The notes below the pieces were generated by a model, which was given only the letters and a program-made list of their open reading frames with translations, was not told the DNA's origin and searched no databases. The position numbers were made by a program, and so were the translations under genes. 64,000 nucleotides of DNA from Sphyrna mokarran (Eukaryota), in NCBI GenBank assembly GCA_024679065.1, contig JAGIQG010000014.1:33666001-33730000 (forward strand), written 5' to 3'. This document shows positions 62,847 to 64,000 of the stretch, in pieces. Position 1 is the stretch's first letter. Each line of letters starts with the position of its first letter.

Positions 62847-64000
62847 TCCTTAGGAGTTCTTCAAGGTATTATCTTTAGTCACTGCCACTTTCTTATTTGT
62901 GTGTCAACTTTTGATGACATCACCTGCAGACATTGCTTCCACTGATGACATTCTACCTCTTCACTATTTCAACCAATCCAATCCCTTTGTATTGGTAGAC
63001 TGGCAGTCTGACATCCAGTCTCAGATGAGCTGGAACTTCTTCTAACTAAACATTGCAAAGACCATCTTCAGCTCTGGCCTCAAACTCTATTAGCTCATCA
63101 CTGACTTCTTACGACTCTTGACAAACTTTTTAGGATACTTGTTAATGTTAAAGATGCTGAATAAATAATCCATGGGGTATATATGAATGTTTGTGTAGAC
63201 CATGATAAGAATAGAATTGACCTCAACTGTCATGACCTCAATAACTGATCTCTTAGCAAACAGTTGCACATAGAAAATTGTGTGGTGATTGTCCCCCTAA
63301 GGGCAACGCAGCAGAGTAAGTGTCATCTAGCTTAGATGACCAATTAGGACTCAGAGTAAGACTTCCCCCAGGGGATGGAGTTCTCTTAGGCTGAAAACAG
63401 TTTGGGGACTAACTAAGCCATGAGGCTGTGGTGCAATTCTCCATAATAAATACCTTTGCGTTCACTAATGAAGTCTGTGAAAGTGCATCTCAGCAAATAG
63501 ACAGTTTGGCAAGGAGCAGCACGTGCTCTGGTAACCACAGAACTGAACTCCATGTTAAATCCATGTAGATAGGAACAGTGGTAAAATGGTATAGGATCTC
63601 CTTGTGACAAAATAAGACATTAAAGTATCAGATACTCTATAGAGATGTGGATAATGGTTGGAAAAGAAAACAGGTTTCTTTTCATTCAACCCCACTTGTG
63701 AATGAGTTTAATTAGGTGTAAAACTGACAAATCAACTCGACTGTTGGCAATCTATAGAATGACATCAAAAATAGTTATGCAGTTATCATTGACCTTCAAG
63801 TTTCAATCTTTCAGGCCAGAAGAGAATCTGTGGTGGTCACTGATTTCTGGTCAGGAATGTAGGAGTCATCAAAAGAAGAAAAGCTAAAGAGGAAGAGGAT
63901 ACTCCTGGAAGATGTCTTTCTTCTGTTATTCTATCCAACTTATTGAGAGAAGTCAATGGACAAAAAGATTGGAAAAAAATGTAAAAGTTAGTTAAAATAT

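Larger units (their letters stand above)
57900..63170 (+). mobile_element. Old L2 LINE RT region hosting two nested insertions
   Basis: SLQSSF..ATALND / VLNNILCD..FDT, then GTILNWFH / GVLQG.I..DDI..W..DIQ. The L2 RT motifs resume on each side of 58409-61639 and 61836-62846. Confidence 0.7.

Overview
Vertebrate genomic DNA, very likely from a shark or other elasmobranch (inferred from HE1-type V-SINEs, HER1/CR1 LINEs and DeuSINEs). The only host protein-coding gene I can support is a two-exon MSX2 homeobox gene on the + strand (CDS 29577-29958 and 30600-31024, 268 aa, 641-bp intron). It sits inside an AT-rich but CpG-retaining, nearly transposon-free domain of about 15-16 kb (about 26.1-41.6 kb) with many candidate homeodomain, Smad and TCF enhancer clusters. 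The flanks are gene-free and full of repeats: tRNA-derived SINEs of at least three families, CR1, L2 and a third LINE group, and Penelope-type terminal repeats, one of which carries an intact minimal hammerhead ribozyme core. There are also two decayed PIF/Harbinger elements with Myb/SANT genes, a related family of short MITEs, and a young LINE-SINE chimera. I did not find evidence for a wholly new biological system. Repeat family names and regulatory calls come from recognising motifs by eye, no searches were run, and repeat boundaries are approximate.
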